A stretch of 59,195 nt of DNA from Pelomyxa schiedti (GCA_020536535.1 JAHLWZ010000512.1:1-59195); one strand, 5' to 3'. Positions 34,011 to 47,279 are shown, counted from the stretch's first letter. Translations and numbers: made by a program. Notes: generated by a model not told the origin, from the sequence alone.

Positions 34011-37000
34011 ATGCAAGAGGGTGCAGCACAAATTGGTGCCGCTGCGTCGGCGGAGCCGCAGTCCCGCAGAGCAACTGCGGCAGCTGCGCTGTCGACATCG
34101 GCACCACAGGGGAGCGAAACGACGCGGCGAGAATGTTATTTAATATCGCCTGATATTAAAGTTATCAGGGCAGAGACTGGCCTGTGTTATTGTGTGACCA
34201 TGGACCCAAATGCTGATTTCGAGTACGGCCAGTACTTATTGCGTTCCTTCTTGAAGTCCTTTTTTCCCCCCCCGTTATTGGCCGTTAATAATAATATCAT
34301 ACCTCCTAGATAAGACAATAAGAAAAGAAAAAAACGGGTGGGGCACACCCTGACATTCTAACAACCAAAAAGGAAAAGCTTCTTGTCTATGCAGGTAACA
34401 ATTGGAACTACTATTGGAGTTCCTGAGTGCAGTCAAATTCTTCTGGGTACTGATGGAACGGAAGTGAATGCTGAAACTTTCAGGAATTACCTAGAAGTAT
34501 GAGTTTTTTTTTTCACAGTTCCCTTTCACCCATGTTGTAGGCTGGCCACACTGATATTTTTTTGTATGATAAAAGTTTTCCGGATCACCACTTTTCTCCA
34601 GTTTCTGTTTTCCCCAATGGTACATGCCTTCTCTTTTCTTTCCCTTACGTGTCATCAGTACCCCTTCTTCCTTCATCACATAATTTGGACCGAGGAAGCC
34701 AATTGCTCTTCGCAAAGGAGGTCGTAAAACTGGTTGAGGAGAGGCTAATTCGTTGCACGGAACGGAAGACTGAGATTGCAAACCAGGATAGAGCAGTTAC
34801 TGCAGCGATTCAGTCCGCCCATAATTATATGAAGTTACTTAAAAGTTCTCCCATTCCCGTATTCAAATTTCCAACTTCAGGAAAGTGAAAGAAGCTTGCA
34901 GCCGAACGTATGCTGCAGCGGTTCAGGAAAAAGATCTTAGTATATCCTTGCTAGGCTCCTTTCAATGTGACATAGACAAAGTACAACTCATCGAATGGTG
35001 TTAGTGGTAACAACTTTCCAGATAAAAACAGTACCTATACCAAGCTTTCTGTTCCCCCTGTTTCAGGCGAACCTGCTTGGCCAGGTTTTACAAGAAGAAA
35101 TGCTTGCAAAGAAACGAGACAAATGCGTTGTGATTCATGGTTGTTCTTTTTGACTTCTGCAGAGGACTCACCCTCTTGCTTTTCCAGAAATTTTCAAAAA
35201 ACAAATTGAAGAAATGGAATCAAGTGTAAGTGATTTCTCCCAGGCAACTGAAAGACTCTCTTTGGGTTCAATTACAAAGTACTTAGAGGAAGTGTCCTTC
35301 ACCAATAACTCAGAACAGCATTCCGAAACTTGAGGAAAACCTGGAACAACTAGCAGAAATTCATAGGGAAGTCAAATGTAAATGTCTTTCAATTGAACAG
35401 GGTACTTTCTCCTATGGGGGCACCTCCCACGTAGTGTTGATCGTTTTAGATAGGGATCTCCAGGACTGTGCTCCAACCACAGAGTTTCCCGCAGTTGAAG
35501 AAAGACCACAGCATATTACCGAACAACTACAACATTGTGAACAAACTAGCGCTCATCTTTACCAGCAGTTAGAAAAAGCAAAAGTGACACTCTCATTCGA
35601 TGCACGTGCACTTAATTTCCATTAGGCTGCAACTACTAGCACTACTACTTCATTACTTAAATCCTGTGCATTAGTCGGATCTTTGTAAGAACTTGATTTT
35701 CAACACAGTGCATTAATTTTGCCTAAGAGGGATTAAGGCCAGCAATAATATTCGTACAGTATATCATGGTATATCAAAGGTATAATATATAGAGTAACTG
35801 GTCTAAGGAATTCCTGCAATAAGAGACGCATTCACACCATTATACCGAGTCCACAACATACCCTCAGTAAGTTCTTAGCCTTCAAGGCTTTTTTTTAGTA
35901 ATTGTGGGACAGACATTTGAAGCTTACATCACTGAAATACGAACCAGAAATATTTTCAAGGTATTAATACGTTTCATTAATCCTGCCGACTGAAGTTAGG
36001 CGCGAGTCAGACGAGAATGTGCAAAATTAAGTGAGCTTCTGCGACAAATAAGAGAACATGAAATTACTAGAAGAAGAGAGTATGGCAGGTTATTGTTAAC
36101 TTGTTTCACATTACCTTTAGATTCCGAGACAAGTACCTGACTCTTTTACCTGAGCAATTACAGACAGGAATTCGTCCAGAACTTCCGCTGCTCGAGATTA
36201 TGGTGCCTCTTTTTGATTCTGTGCTTCCGAACTGTGAAATAGAAGAGGACCGATTGCCTCCATTGGTTTCTGACGAAAAAACCTGTAATACCTTGGTACT
36301 GTTCCTCCCTTTCGAGCACTGTATTGACCAACTTTTAGAGAGAAATGGAAAAAATGGTACCCAATTCCACAAAAAGCCTTGCTCAAACTCCTAACAGATG
36401 AAAGACTGGGAGTGTAGATATGCAACCCAGGAAGCGGCCTTGTGTATACTAAAGGGTGAACTCATAAAATCCAAGGTTTTTTTCTGCTTCTCCTCTGTGT
36501 ATTAACGTGTTATGTTAGGGGGAAACTGAACAAGAGAGATGCCACGTTAATGTGCTTCAGCAACTAGTAGATAGTAATGCAGTTACGATTTCCCAAATTA
36601 ACAGCGACCTCACGGAGGGGAACACCCAGCTAATACACATGCAAGAGGAGTCAGAAACGAGATCAAAGGAGTGGGAAATGAAAGTACAACAAAAGGAAGC
36701 AACGTTGAGGTCCAGGGAAGATACCATCAAGCATCAACAAGCTGAGATTGAAACCCTTCGAAAAGAATTGGAGCAAAGAAGCTCCAGGTTAATGCTGAAA
36801 GAGAAAGATGCACAAGAGCTGGAGAGAGTTCTAAAGAACGAAAAAGTAAATTGCATGAAATTACAGCAGGAACTGGAACTAAGGAAGACAAGGGAAATTT
36901 CCTCCAAAGAATCACAGGAAGCGGAATGCCAAAAAGCGCAGCTGATAATAAGGCAGCTACAAAAAGAATTAGTTGAAAGCAATGGCAAACACCAAGATTT

Positions 37001-38148
37001 GATGGAGGAGATAAGGAAGAATACTACATTAAATAATCAGCTGAGCGAGACAAAAGTAGAACTGCAATCGGAACTATCCCAACTGCGAACAGAACTACAA
37101 GTTTCAAAGGAGAGGGAAAAAAGAGCTTTGGCCCAGGCTTTTGAGGAGAGACAGAGAGTCAACCAGTTATTGTTTGAAAAAGGTGGAATGCGGGCAAAAA
37201 ATGCGGAACTTGAACTATCAAATGAACAGAGAACCAAGGACCTGGCTCAAGAGAAATTGAAAACGGAGCAGATCCGCCAGAGTCTCCATGAGATGCAACA
37301 CCAGTTAGAAACAGAGAGGAAAAATCTAGAAGCTGCCAACAAAGTAATTTCAAGTCGAACTCCCCAGGAAGAGACCAACACTGTGTGTAGAAATCCTGAA
37401 TGGCCTTCACTTATTCCTTACAGTTTAATCTGAAATCTAAACTTGGCACTTTGGAAAAGGAGTTAATTGAAACTAGGGTAAGATGTATTTCGCCACTAAT
37501 ACAGTAGTTTAAAACTCCCGCAGAAAATGTTGCAGAATGCATTGGAAGAGAAAGTAGTTTTGCGGAATCAAAACGCACACCTCAAAGAGCAACTTGTACT
37601 TTGTTTTTACTTCGTTCTCCTTATGACAACACATTTTAGGCACTGGAACTGGCAGAGAAGGTACAAAGGCGAAGACAGGTAATTTTTCCACTTTTTTTAG
37701 ACTGGACAAACGGCTGTATAGGTGATGGAGTCCACTGTGCCTGCGGTGGGGTAAGAACCATTTGATAGATAAATTTGGATTTGCTGAACCGCTTTTCAGC
37801 GTGGAGCCTGATCACCTTTGTTTTTTATTCCGAACATACATAGCAGATCACCAAGTAATCCAAGCTGTTAGCCCAAACTCCGGTTATGTATATATTTTAT
37901 CCCTTTTCTCCGAGACACTATTCCTACATAAAGAGTAAGTTCCCTGTCTCAACAGAACAGAATACCAATTCTAATGGCATGTAAATAGGAGGGAATTCTT
38001 CACCGCGGTTGTGGTGGAAATTCTGGAGCCTGACCCCACTGTATGTGCCACCATCCTCTCCCAAGTATTATTACTCATTTTTGCACAGGACACAGTCCCA
38101 CCAGTTGGTGGCAAACAAGTACTCAGGCTCAATGTACGCACTTTGTAG
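34011..38148 (+). CDS. ATG11: Atg11/FIP200 (RB1CC1)-like autophagy scaffold
   Basis: Ubiquitin-like N-terminus IKVIRAETG..IGVPECSQILL; helical region QDRAVTAAIQS and EITRRREY..FRDKYL; long coiled coil (36552-37433); Claw-like C-terminus DHLCFLF..GYVYILS..EFFTAVVVEI..VLRLNVRTL*. Confidence 0.7.
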
Positions 38149-38169
38149 AAAAATGGAATTTGTATTGTT

Positions 38170-38237
38170 GTGTTCTTGGCCAAGTGGATTTACTTGGGTA
38201 GTTCTTTTTGGCGTGGGTTCGAACCCCAGAGAACACA
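38170..38237 (+). ncRNA. tRNA-like element lacking an anticodon arm (tRNA-Leu/Ser-like pseudogene or processing signal)
   Basis: 7-bp acceptor stem GTGTTCT/AGAACAC plus discriminator A; A-box TGGCCAAGTGG; hairpin CCAAGT/ACTTGG; T-arm TGGG-TTCGAAC-CCCA; 68 nt in total. Confidence 0.6.
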
Positions 38238-38481
38238 CTTTCCTCTATTATTTAAATACCACGTATTAACTCAGGAAAGGTGGACAAAGCACCCAAAAAA
38301 CAAGAAAGCGGTATTAGGGAGTAAGGATATTCATGATATCCTTGGTACCCGTGGGAGAGAACAGTAAGGGAAGTGGATTTGTGTTGTTAACAACCAAGAG
38401 TGGCCACAAGCCACTTTAAGTCTCGGCAGTGGGGGGGTTTGGGAAACAAAAGATCGTCGGGGGATGTTGGTTTTGGGTATG

Positions 38482-38730
38482 TCAAGATCTGCCGGTGTGC
38501 GACTTGACGTAGTTGACGACGTCGCCTACGGTGAACACGTTGTACATGTCCTCGGTTGGTATGCTGATGTGGTACATCTCCTCTACCCTGGTCTTGATCT
38601 TGACGGTCTCGATGGAGTCGGCGCCGAGGTCCATGAGCAAGTTGGAGTCGAGCGTGACGTCCATCCCCTGCGCGTTGATGACGAGCTCCTTGACCAGTCC
38701 GATTACACAGTCCTCAACACTGCCGCTCAT
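38482..38730 (-). CDS. acpP: Stand-alone acyl carrier protein (type II / bacterial-like)
   Basis: Intronless acidic 82-aa ORF with DLGADSIE phosphopantetheine motif and EEMYHISIP..TVGDVVNYV helix pattern. Confidence 0.9.
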   Translation of the reverse strand: MSGSVEDCVIGLVKELVINAQGMDVTLDSNLLMDLGADSIETVKIKTRVEEMYHISIPTEDMYNVFTVGDVVNYVKSHTGRS

Positions 38731-39030
38731 TCCCTGTGAACTTGGGTTTTGTTTGTGTGTTGAGTTGTTGGGTTGTTGCCGCAAGGCCGCACCGTCAGGG
38801 TTGTGCCTGTTTTTTTTGTTGTTTTTCTTTTCCAGTGTTCGTGCCCGTTTTTTCGGCTCGTTTGCGTTGAATTTCGGTGTTGTTGATGTTGAGAAATTGA
38901 TTTGTCTGGTTGTTCTAGTTTTAGATAAAGCCCAAGCGTGGTCTGTCTTTAGCTGGTTGAGGAAACTTGGACAATGGTGTGTCAGTATTACATTGGTGTG
39001 TTGTAGTTGGATGGCGTGTGGTCTGGTCTG

Positions 39031-42000
39031 TTAACTTGTGCCGGGAGCGACGGCTTTGCGCCAGCCGCCGGTGCTTGGGGGTGGGCCCCGGCCTCGGCCG
39101 GTGCCAGTGGTTGTTGTTGCTGGTTGTGCTGTTGTGGGTTGCTGGGCAGAAGGAGTGGCGGGTGTGGTGGTGGTGGGAGTGGGTGTGGGGGTTGGGGTGG
39201 GGGTGGGAGTGGGAGTAGCTGCGGAGGTGGAGCTAGGAGTTGCTGCGGTTGTGGGAGTTGGTGTGGGTGTGACCGCAACAGGAGCTGGAGACTAAGTTGG
39301 GTTAGAAATGACAAGTAAACAGTGGAGTGGGGCTTACAGAACGTTTCACAAAGGAGAAGTAGTGTGTAGTAGTGGTTCTTACATCCGGCCACTTGGCAGT
39401 TATCCCCGTGAGTAAAGCGAATGGGGAGAGATCCAGCTCCGGCAGTCCTGTGAGGATTTAGAGGTGGCACTAAACTGAAAACTACCTGGAGTGTGTTCTA
39501 GGAGGTGAAACCACTCAGGTTGGTGAGTAGGATTGGTTTCCTTCAGTTTTTCGTCAATCTTTTGCTTTAAATCCATAACTGTGTGTGAGGAGTTCATTGC
39601 AAATAGCTTGGAGCTGCCATCTGCAAATCCCACGCGGGTATAAACCTGCTGTTGTTAGTTTTTTTTACCACAAAGTGAAGAAACCAGTTGTGCAGGTTTA
39701 ACGGCTACTGTACTGCTTGCTGAAGGGGGGGCTTGTGTGACGGGTGGAGTGCCACTTGTAGTGGAAGACGGAGAACTAACTGGACCTGGCGTAGTTGGAG
39801 TGGAAGCTGGAGTGGAAGTTGGAGTGGAAGCTGGAGTGGAAGCTGGAGTGGAAGCCGGAGTGGAAGCCGGAGTGGGAGCCGGAGTGGAAGCCGGAGTGGA
39901 AGTTGTCGAGATCTGGTTTTCTGTAGTGGATGCGGAAACCTGAGATGGGGGATGTGGAGCTGAGGGTGCTGGAAGAGTGGGGGCATGTGCAGAAGGAAGC
40001 GGGGCAGAAGCTAAGGGAGTCTCCGGTGGAGGAACTGGTGCAGGAGGTAAATCGAGTACCTGAAGATCCAGTAGCTCCAGAGCAGACAAGTTCAATGTCT
40101 GCTGTGGATTACTGCTCTGATCAGGAGTTGCATTAGACTGTTGGGGAGGAATCGTTTGTGTTGCTGGCACAGGTACTTGAGTGGAACCTGCTGATGATGA
40201 CCTACGACGTGTGTCGGGAGATAATACCTCAGCGTAATCTTGATCAATCAGAGTGACATTTTGGGGTGACTCTGTGGAAGCTGAACCCGGCGATACCGTT
40301 GATGTGGAGGACTGGTTTGTGGAGGTTTGGGCCCCGTTTGGTGTTGGCACTTCTGCGGGCTGTTCTCCTTGAGTCGATGTGGTACTTGGCTGTGAGTGTT
40401 CACAGGACTGCGTCCTTCTATGGATTATCCCCCTTCCAGGAAGATTAGCAATGAACTTCGGGATTTTAGATACGGAACTAGATGTGTCAGTTGTTGCGTT
40501 TGAAGAAGTGGAAGGACTTGTAGTATTGGCAGCAGGTGATGATGGTGAGGGTGAGGGTGAGGGCTCTGCTGTAGATGTGGACGATGGAGAGGGCGGTGTG
40601 GCGGAGGCAGGATTCTGGGAAGTAAGTGTAGGTGAATGGGGGGGTGTTGGTCCTGGTGTAGTGTGGCTTGGGGTCGCTGGAGTTGCCGTTGTAGAAGCTG
40701 TCTGTGAGTGGTCCGCTGGTCGAGCAGGATAAGTTGATGTAGAACCGGTTGCATGCATTTTTGCACTAACATCTGCTGCAGTCGTGGGGGGCATTGATTG
40801 CCGTGTAGCTTTATTCTACATGAGAAATGAGTTTCAGATGTTAAGGGTGTAGTGTCATTACGGCAAGCCAAGGTGCTTTGGCAGCGTAGGACCTTATATC
40901 ATTCGCCCAATCAAGTGCCTCTGCTGCACTTTGTGCTTGGCACAGATACGTCTTGGAAGATTAGGATCAGGTAATTTAAAGGAACAAGTGCTTACTCTTT
41001 TTGGAGTGACAATGGAAAAAGTGAATTTGGCATTGTTACGTTTTTGCTCTTCATCAGATGAGACTGGGCAATCCCGCACTTGTAATAAAGGAATGACACC
41101 CTTTAAGGAAAAAAAATTAGAAATTCTGCCTTAGTGATTCGATAAAACCGTTGGCCTCCATTCTGCCTGAGATTTGTAAAAGTAAAAACCGTCGACTGTG
41201 AAGAGGGTAAAAGAAATAATTTAAAACTTTTGGTACCTTTGAGGACACACCACCTTTTCTTCCAACCAATGAAAGCTTTTCCATGCTTATTGAGATATCC
41301 TTGGCGCGCAATAAATCCCTACAGTTTTCAGAAACGAGTCTGAGATATGAGCAAAGACCTCATTCTGTCTCTCCATCATCTTCTTTTTAAACTTCTCTTC
41401 CAATAGGAGTCTTTGTCTCTCACGTTCTGCATCTTCAGCTTCTTTTGCAAGCTTTCTTTTCATTTCATCTTCTAGTTCCTTTTCACGAGTCGGCAAATGG
41501 GGAAAAAAAGATGATAATAAAAGTACCTTCATTCTGGCAAGTAATGCTTGTTGTTCTGCTACTTGATTCAACAAAAGTTGCTTTTCCCTCTCCATTTGCT
41601 CTTCTTTTTCCTTCACCTTCCGGGTAAATTCATCAAGTTCTCCGACGACATCGTTCTTTTCCGCCAATATTCTTCTCCTTTCTTCCTCTGTGGTATTCAT
41701 TACCAGTTTTTGCTCTTCGATTGTTTGAGTCAAAGCAGCATTTTTCCTTTCTTCTTCTTCATGCAACAAGGCAAGTGCACGAGCTTTTTCTTCCCTTTCC
41801 TGAATTTCTTGTTGCTGAGCGCGCACTAATTCCGCCTCTCTTTCAATTCTGAAACGCAACTCCTCCTCTCGTTGGGCAAGAATCCGTTCTAGGTCCACTT
41901 TCTGTGATTTCTCAATTGTATGAAGACTAAAGAAAAGTATACTTCTTGAATTAATCGCTCCTTTTCTTGAACAGCCAGAGAAGTAACCCTCACAGTCTCT

Positions 42001-43592
42001 TTTAAGGCTTCTTCTTGTTTATGGAGTTCAAGCTGTTGCTCCTGAAGTTGTTGCACTACTTTTTGCAGTTGTCCACATTGGTCTTGCATCATGCGTTCAT
42101 TCTCGCTTTTTTCCTCCAATTCAGTGCGTTGAGTTTCCAGCAATAAAGCTTGCTCTGCGCGCTCCCGTTCAAATTTTGCGAGTTGCTCTTCAACATTCTT
42201 AATGGCCAGTTGCTCTTGCATCTTAAGCTCCTCCTGCCTGAGTTGCAGTTCTGTTATTACTACTTCCTTTTCTATTGCTTCTTAGAAAGTAAAAATTCAA
42301 ACACAGTACCTACCGAGGAGGGCATTTTTTTGAACTGTGAGTACAGACATCAATTCAGTTTTTTCTTTTTCCGCATCTTCTCTTGCTTTCTGGAGGAGTG
42401 CTTGCTCTTCAGCCTGGAAATACCATAAGAGGGCTTTCACCATAAGAAATAAAAAAGAAAAAACGAACTCGACGTTTATTACTCAGGACATCAGCTTTTC
42501 CAATTTTAGAGAGTGACTCATATCGAAAGAATTCAGCAACGTACCTAAATTGCTGAGAAAAAAAAAGTGGAAAGTGCACTAATACGTCATCATCGAGTTT
42601 TCATCGACCCCATTAGAGGCTACGTCATTTGCATCAATGAGTTTGGGTATGTTGAATGAACGCTCAGCAGCAGAAAAGACAGCAGCCAATTTTGCTTCTA
42701 TTCCACCATCCTATTGGAAGTGGGAAAAAAAAAAAATAAGCTGCACTATGAACTACCTGTGGAATGGAACTGGGGTCAATGCAGTTTGGGTCAAGAGTGT
42801 TCATCAAAGCAGCGAGTGCTGTTCCATCAACCCAACTGAGAAACTTAGGGTGGATAGCGAAAAGACAAAAACCTCTTGTCAAAATCTCGAAGAACGATAC
42901 TTGATCCACTAGCAGCAAGTCTCGCATTAACCCATGACAGCAAAAAATCTTTTGCATTTTCTGGAGACAATCACCATCATAAAAACGGGGAGAATAAAAC
43001 GCAACCCCTTTTGGATGGAGTTCCACCAGCAGAAGCTCCAGTACCACCGCCAGGAGCCCCAGTGGCTTGCATGAAATTATGGCAGATGATAGTCCACATC
43101 ATGCCGAGGATCATCTTTGATTCTTTTTCTGCTATATCTTCATTGTCTATTAATTGCTGCACAGTTTTCTGGGAATGCATACTGGCAGATTTTACAAAGT
43201 GTAGTGTAACTCCAGCTCTTGCAACCATGTCAAGAGCCAGTGTGGCATTGTCAAGTAAATGGATGAGTGTGAGGCTAGCTCCACCCTGGGACTGGCGATA
43301 GCCAACAGGCATGGGTATTTGGTACAGCCTATTCATCAACTGCATTAAAAGCACGCCGTCCTGTAACACAGTTGCGAGTTGGCTCATTTTTTCCCGGTGT
43401 GAGGCTACGTACTTGGAGCGCCTCCTCAAGAGTGGTTTTGTTGTGAGGGAACTCCTGAATCCCCAATCTACTTAACAACCACTTCGAGTATGTCTTGAAC
43501 CAAAAACAAAGGGTAAGAGCTGGTGTCAGATCTTGTTGAAAAAGAAAAGAAGGTACCTTTCTTTGGGAGCTCTCGCGGTCCGACGTCGCCAT
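39031..43592 (-). CDS. Actin-binding protein: tandem CH domains - coiled coil - PH - S/T/P-rich linker - ubiquitin-like (RA/FERM-like) domain
   Basis: CH1 KTYSKWL..LQDGVLLMQLM..ILGMMWTII; CH2 SWVDGTALAAL..AERSFNIPKLIDA; E/K/Q coiled coil; PH FTFSIVTPKRTYLCQA..DWANDI; VGFADGSSKLF..TVMDLKQKI. 3' end is uncertain. Confidence 0.75.
39797..39904 (-). repeat. Coding 12-nt repeat, 9 copies, encoding (PAST)n
   Basis: GGAGTGGAAGCY-like unit x9 on the + strand. Confidence 0.9.
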
Positions 43593-43817
43593 CTATACAA
43601 CAAAACTGTAAAACGCGTACCGCACGTCCGCTCGCCGAACCCCTACGTCGAATGTTTTTTTTTATTTGGTTCTGATTTCATCGCTTTGGGAATCGTGTAA
43701 CCCGGCTTTTTACTCAAAAATGACAGGTGCCAAAAAAAGATTGTTGCACATCAACAACGTGAGTGAAGGTGATGCTTCTAATTGTGCGTTCTATGGAATC
43801 CATTCAGTGGCGGTATC

Positions 43818-46800
43818 TCAGGTGTGTTTGCGTTTGTATGGTGTGAACTTGATATCATCATCCCCGTCATCGTCGTCCTTGTCATCACCACTGGTACCAT
43901 CACCATCGCTGTCACTATCACTGGCATGAAGAGTGGGAATTGGCTTGGGTGGGGGTTTTGGCTTTGCTTTTGGCTTCGGTGCTGGTGTTTTTGTTTTTGC
44001 TTTTGGTTTTGCGGCTGTTTTTGGTTTGGGGGCCGGTTTTGGTTTGGATTTTTTGGAGGGTGGTTGTGTTGTTTTTGGAGTGGGGGTGTGGGGATATAGG
44101 CCTTGTATCCTTTGGAATGCTTTCCGGCGGCCTTCTTCAGTACCTAGTACAGGCTTGAGGAGGTCCCGCAGTTCATGCTTTAGGGCACCGCGGCTGTAGG
44201 GAATGGTACTGTCGGTGCAGCACAAGTCTTGGTTGGCACAATAATGGAACATGAGTACCTAGACACAAATCATGTTAGGAGGATGGTACTAATAATTTGC
44301 GATTTTACTTGTTTCTTATCCACAAATAAAGCTGGGTGACAAAAAATCCGAGCTTGGCCGTCTGTTGTTTTTCTGAGGTAATCTTGGAGGCTCCCACTGA
44401 TCTCTATGGGTTCACCGTATGGCTTGCAGATGTATGTTATATGATCAACGGTATCTTTGTTGATAAAGATCTGTCTGCCTTAAGGACTTGAAGAAAGATA
44501 GTAGAAAGAATGAAACTTGGAGCATGTTTCCCATAGGAGCAGCACCCCTAGCAAGTGGAATATATGGTGCTGGGCCGGAAGAGTTGTAGTGCGAAGTCGG
44601 GAGGCTATACTTTGCCCCAATTTCAACTGCTCGGTGCAAAACCGTCTCGAGATCCTGTCCTAAAATATGGAATTGGCATACTTTCAAGCACGAGATTGGA
44701 ATACCGGAAAATCCGCAGGCTCCAAATAACTGTTCGAGCAGAGATCGCCACTGCACATCACCACAGGAATAACCTTGCATAAAGGAAGAAAGTGGATGCA
44801 TTTCACTTGCTGTTGCGAAGAGGCCACAGCTGACGGAGATAGCAAGTTCACGGAACCTAGGGTCATGGTCCTGTATCGAAATAAGGTTCTAAATTCCGGT
44901 CCATCCAGTACCTTGTCCCTCATGGAAGGGAAATCTTTCACAAGAAGTTCCAGTGTGGGCTTGCCCCCAAAAGGTGATTGCAACAACCTTCTGTGAGGTC
45001 ACGGATTCAGAAAAAACGAGTGAATTGATACCGCGGAAGTGGGGGAAAGTCTGTTTGAAGGCCATACAATACCGCGGCAATTTCGGATTGCAGCTCATAG
45101 AGCAGGGCGGCGAGTGAATACTAACAAATCAGAGACGGGGAAGGAAAAAAAAAAGGGGAATACCGAATGATAAAAAACAAAGTAATCTGAAAAATATTGT
45201 TGCTCACGTTCCAACATAGTGCTGAAGCAGTAAGCACAAAATTGGGCATTATCTCGAGGAAGATCGGCGGTAAGGAGGTCTACTGGGTCTCCCTGTGAAA
45301 TAAGAGGACGATTCAATTCGTTGTCGGAGCAATACCTGTAAACCAATGTATGATTGACAGGGAGCAGTCTTGTTGATTCTGAAAACCACTCCCTTTTTTT
45401 GCACAACAATTGCCTTGCCTGGAATGCATTTAATTGCCGAGGTTTCTTCGCGGGTCGCACTAGGACTTTCACTTCGATCTTCTCCCATCAGTAAGGCAAC
45501 AGCACGATTTAGGTCCCCCGCACTGCACGGATATTTTAGTTGGTGGGTAACTGCGTTACTTTCACCTTTCACTTAAAGCTGCTTTGAGTAAGGAAACTTC
45601 AGTTTTCGGGAAAATGTACATAAGACGCCGCAAATCCTGAGGAATGTCCCCTGGAAATGTTGTAAGATTAGCTCATTTCCCGAACCGCACCTGAAGCTGA
45701 ATTTGTTGGTGCATCACTTGGAAACAATGTAAGCGGTCTTGTAATGCCAAGTAACATAGCTGCGGCCTGTTCCACATTTCCACTAGAAGACACCAAGGTT
45801 TCTTTCAACGTTGAATCATCAATATGTGGTAACATCTCTTTCAACTAAGTTTTCTCTTAAATACATCGGGTAAAATGGAGGTAAAGAATACCGCAAGAAA
45901 AGTGGCTTCCATTGTGACGGGTACTGCTGGCTATGAAAAATGAGTCTTTTTTCTAAAGAAAACAGGTGCAGATACAGATGAAAGAGGCCCTGTCTGTTTG
46001 CCAATGGGAGATATACCATGATCTGCTTTTTCTGCGCAACAAAAAATGTGATCTTCAAACTAAACTAGGATATTAGATATTCTTGGTGAAGAGTTCTGTG
46101 CGCACAATGGATTGAGGAACGCCTTTGCAACAGAAAGGGCATTCTTTACAATCTTCTTTTATACTGCTTACTTCACAAGTTGGAGCATGGGTGAAAAGCT
46201 AGTAGAGGGTAAGACTGGGAAGGACCTTTTCGAAATCTTTTTACCTCTTCCAGGGCAAAGTACTGCCTGCAGGTCGGACATTGCTCGTGGGAGATGGAAC
46301 GGGAAGTACCAAGTTGTGTGGTGGTAAAAGGGCTGGAGATGGTTTTGTCCGCCTCTGCTAGTTTTGATCTTGAAGAAGTGCTGAGACAAGAGTTCGCATG
46401 TTCCTCAATCTTGGGGATAGTGGGATTACCATACAGAAGAAAGATCATACAAGACTTCTGGGAAATTCTTTCGAGCATAACGGACAAGATTCAAGCGGGA
46501 CACTTGAGGAAGTTGTAGTGCTTGAAATTGATTTAGTTCCCTCACACTTGTCAGCGTGCCTCGCTATCTATAAAAATGGGAATGTGTTTTTCATAGTGCT
46601 GTCCAATCTACCTCTGAAAGAGTAAATGACTGACCACACAGAGGGCACTCAATTGTGCTGGTGGCGGGACTGAGGATTAGGTTCCATGAAAACGTATCAG
46701 AATTTCAATACCTCGTGATTGGGGGCTTTGCCGCAAGTGAGGGAGGGTCTGTTGGTTTCCCAGCAGATGGAGGTGTTGCCATCGTGCTTTGCAGAAAATC

Positions 46801-47279
46801 TTCCTCTTGTTTCAGTAATTGTTCCCACTCTCCCATTGCGTGGTGATCACCACTCCCGCGTTTCTGCACCATCCCGTTGGTCGCCCGTGAGGCACCCGGC
46901 TTTCCATGGTCCTCGCCGCAACACAAATCACCACCACCATTATCATCGTCACACCACACAATGCCGTCACTTCCACTCTCACCGCTGCTTTTGAAGATAC
47001 ACTTGGCGTTTATTATCCCAGTGGCGTTTGTCCTCGGTCTCTTTGGTCTAGGCGGTTGTGCCTCCTGCGATGCCTAGTATTTGTAGTTGTAGTCGTAGTC
47101 GTAGCAGCAGCACCGGCACACGATTCAGCAAATCAATGATTGTGCCACCACATAAAGGGACAACAAAAAACATGCACACTGCCTACCGACACAGATCCGC
47201 TGCCGATGCATTTTACGTTGCGCGCACCCGGACCCACAGCCGCCGACTTGCCGCCCTCACCATCATCACTTCCTTTCAT
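43818..47279 (-). CDS. Ubiquitin-binding protein (several UBZ-type zinc fingers, UBA/CUE-like units) with an uncharacterised globular C-terminal domain and K/P-rich tail
   Basis: CPLCGQSF..RHADKC, CPLCSKEF..EEHANSC, CPTCRQYF..HAPTC; GNVEQAAAMLL and GDLNRAVALLM; globular part YFVFYHS..ALLYE..GSVNLL..GNMLQIFI..GQARIFCHP; NLS-like PRPKRPR. Confidence 0.65.
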
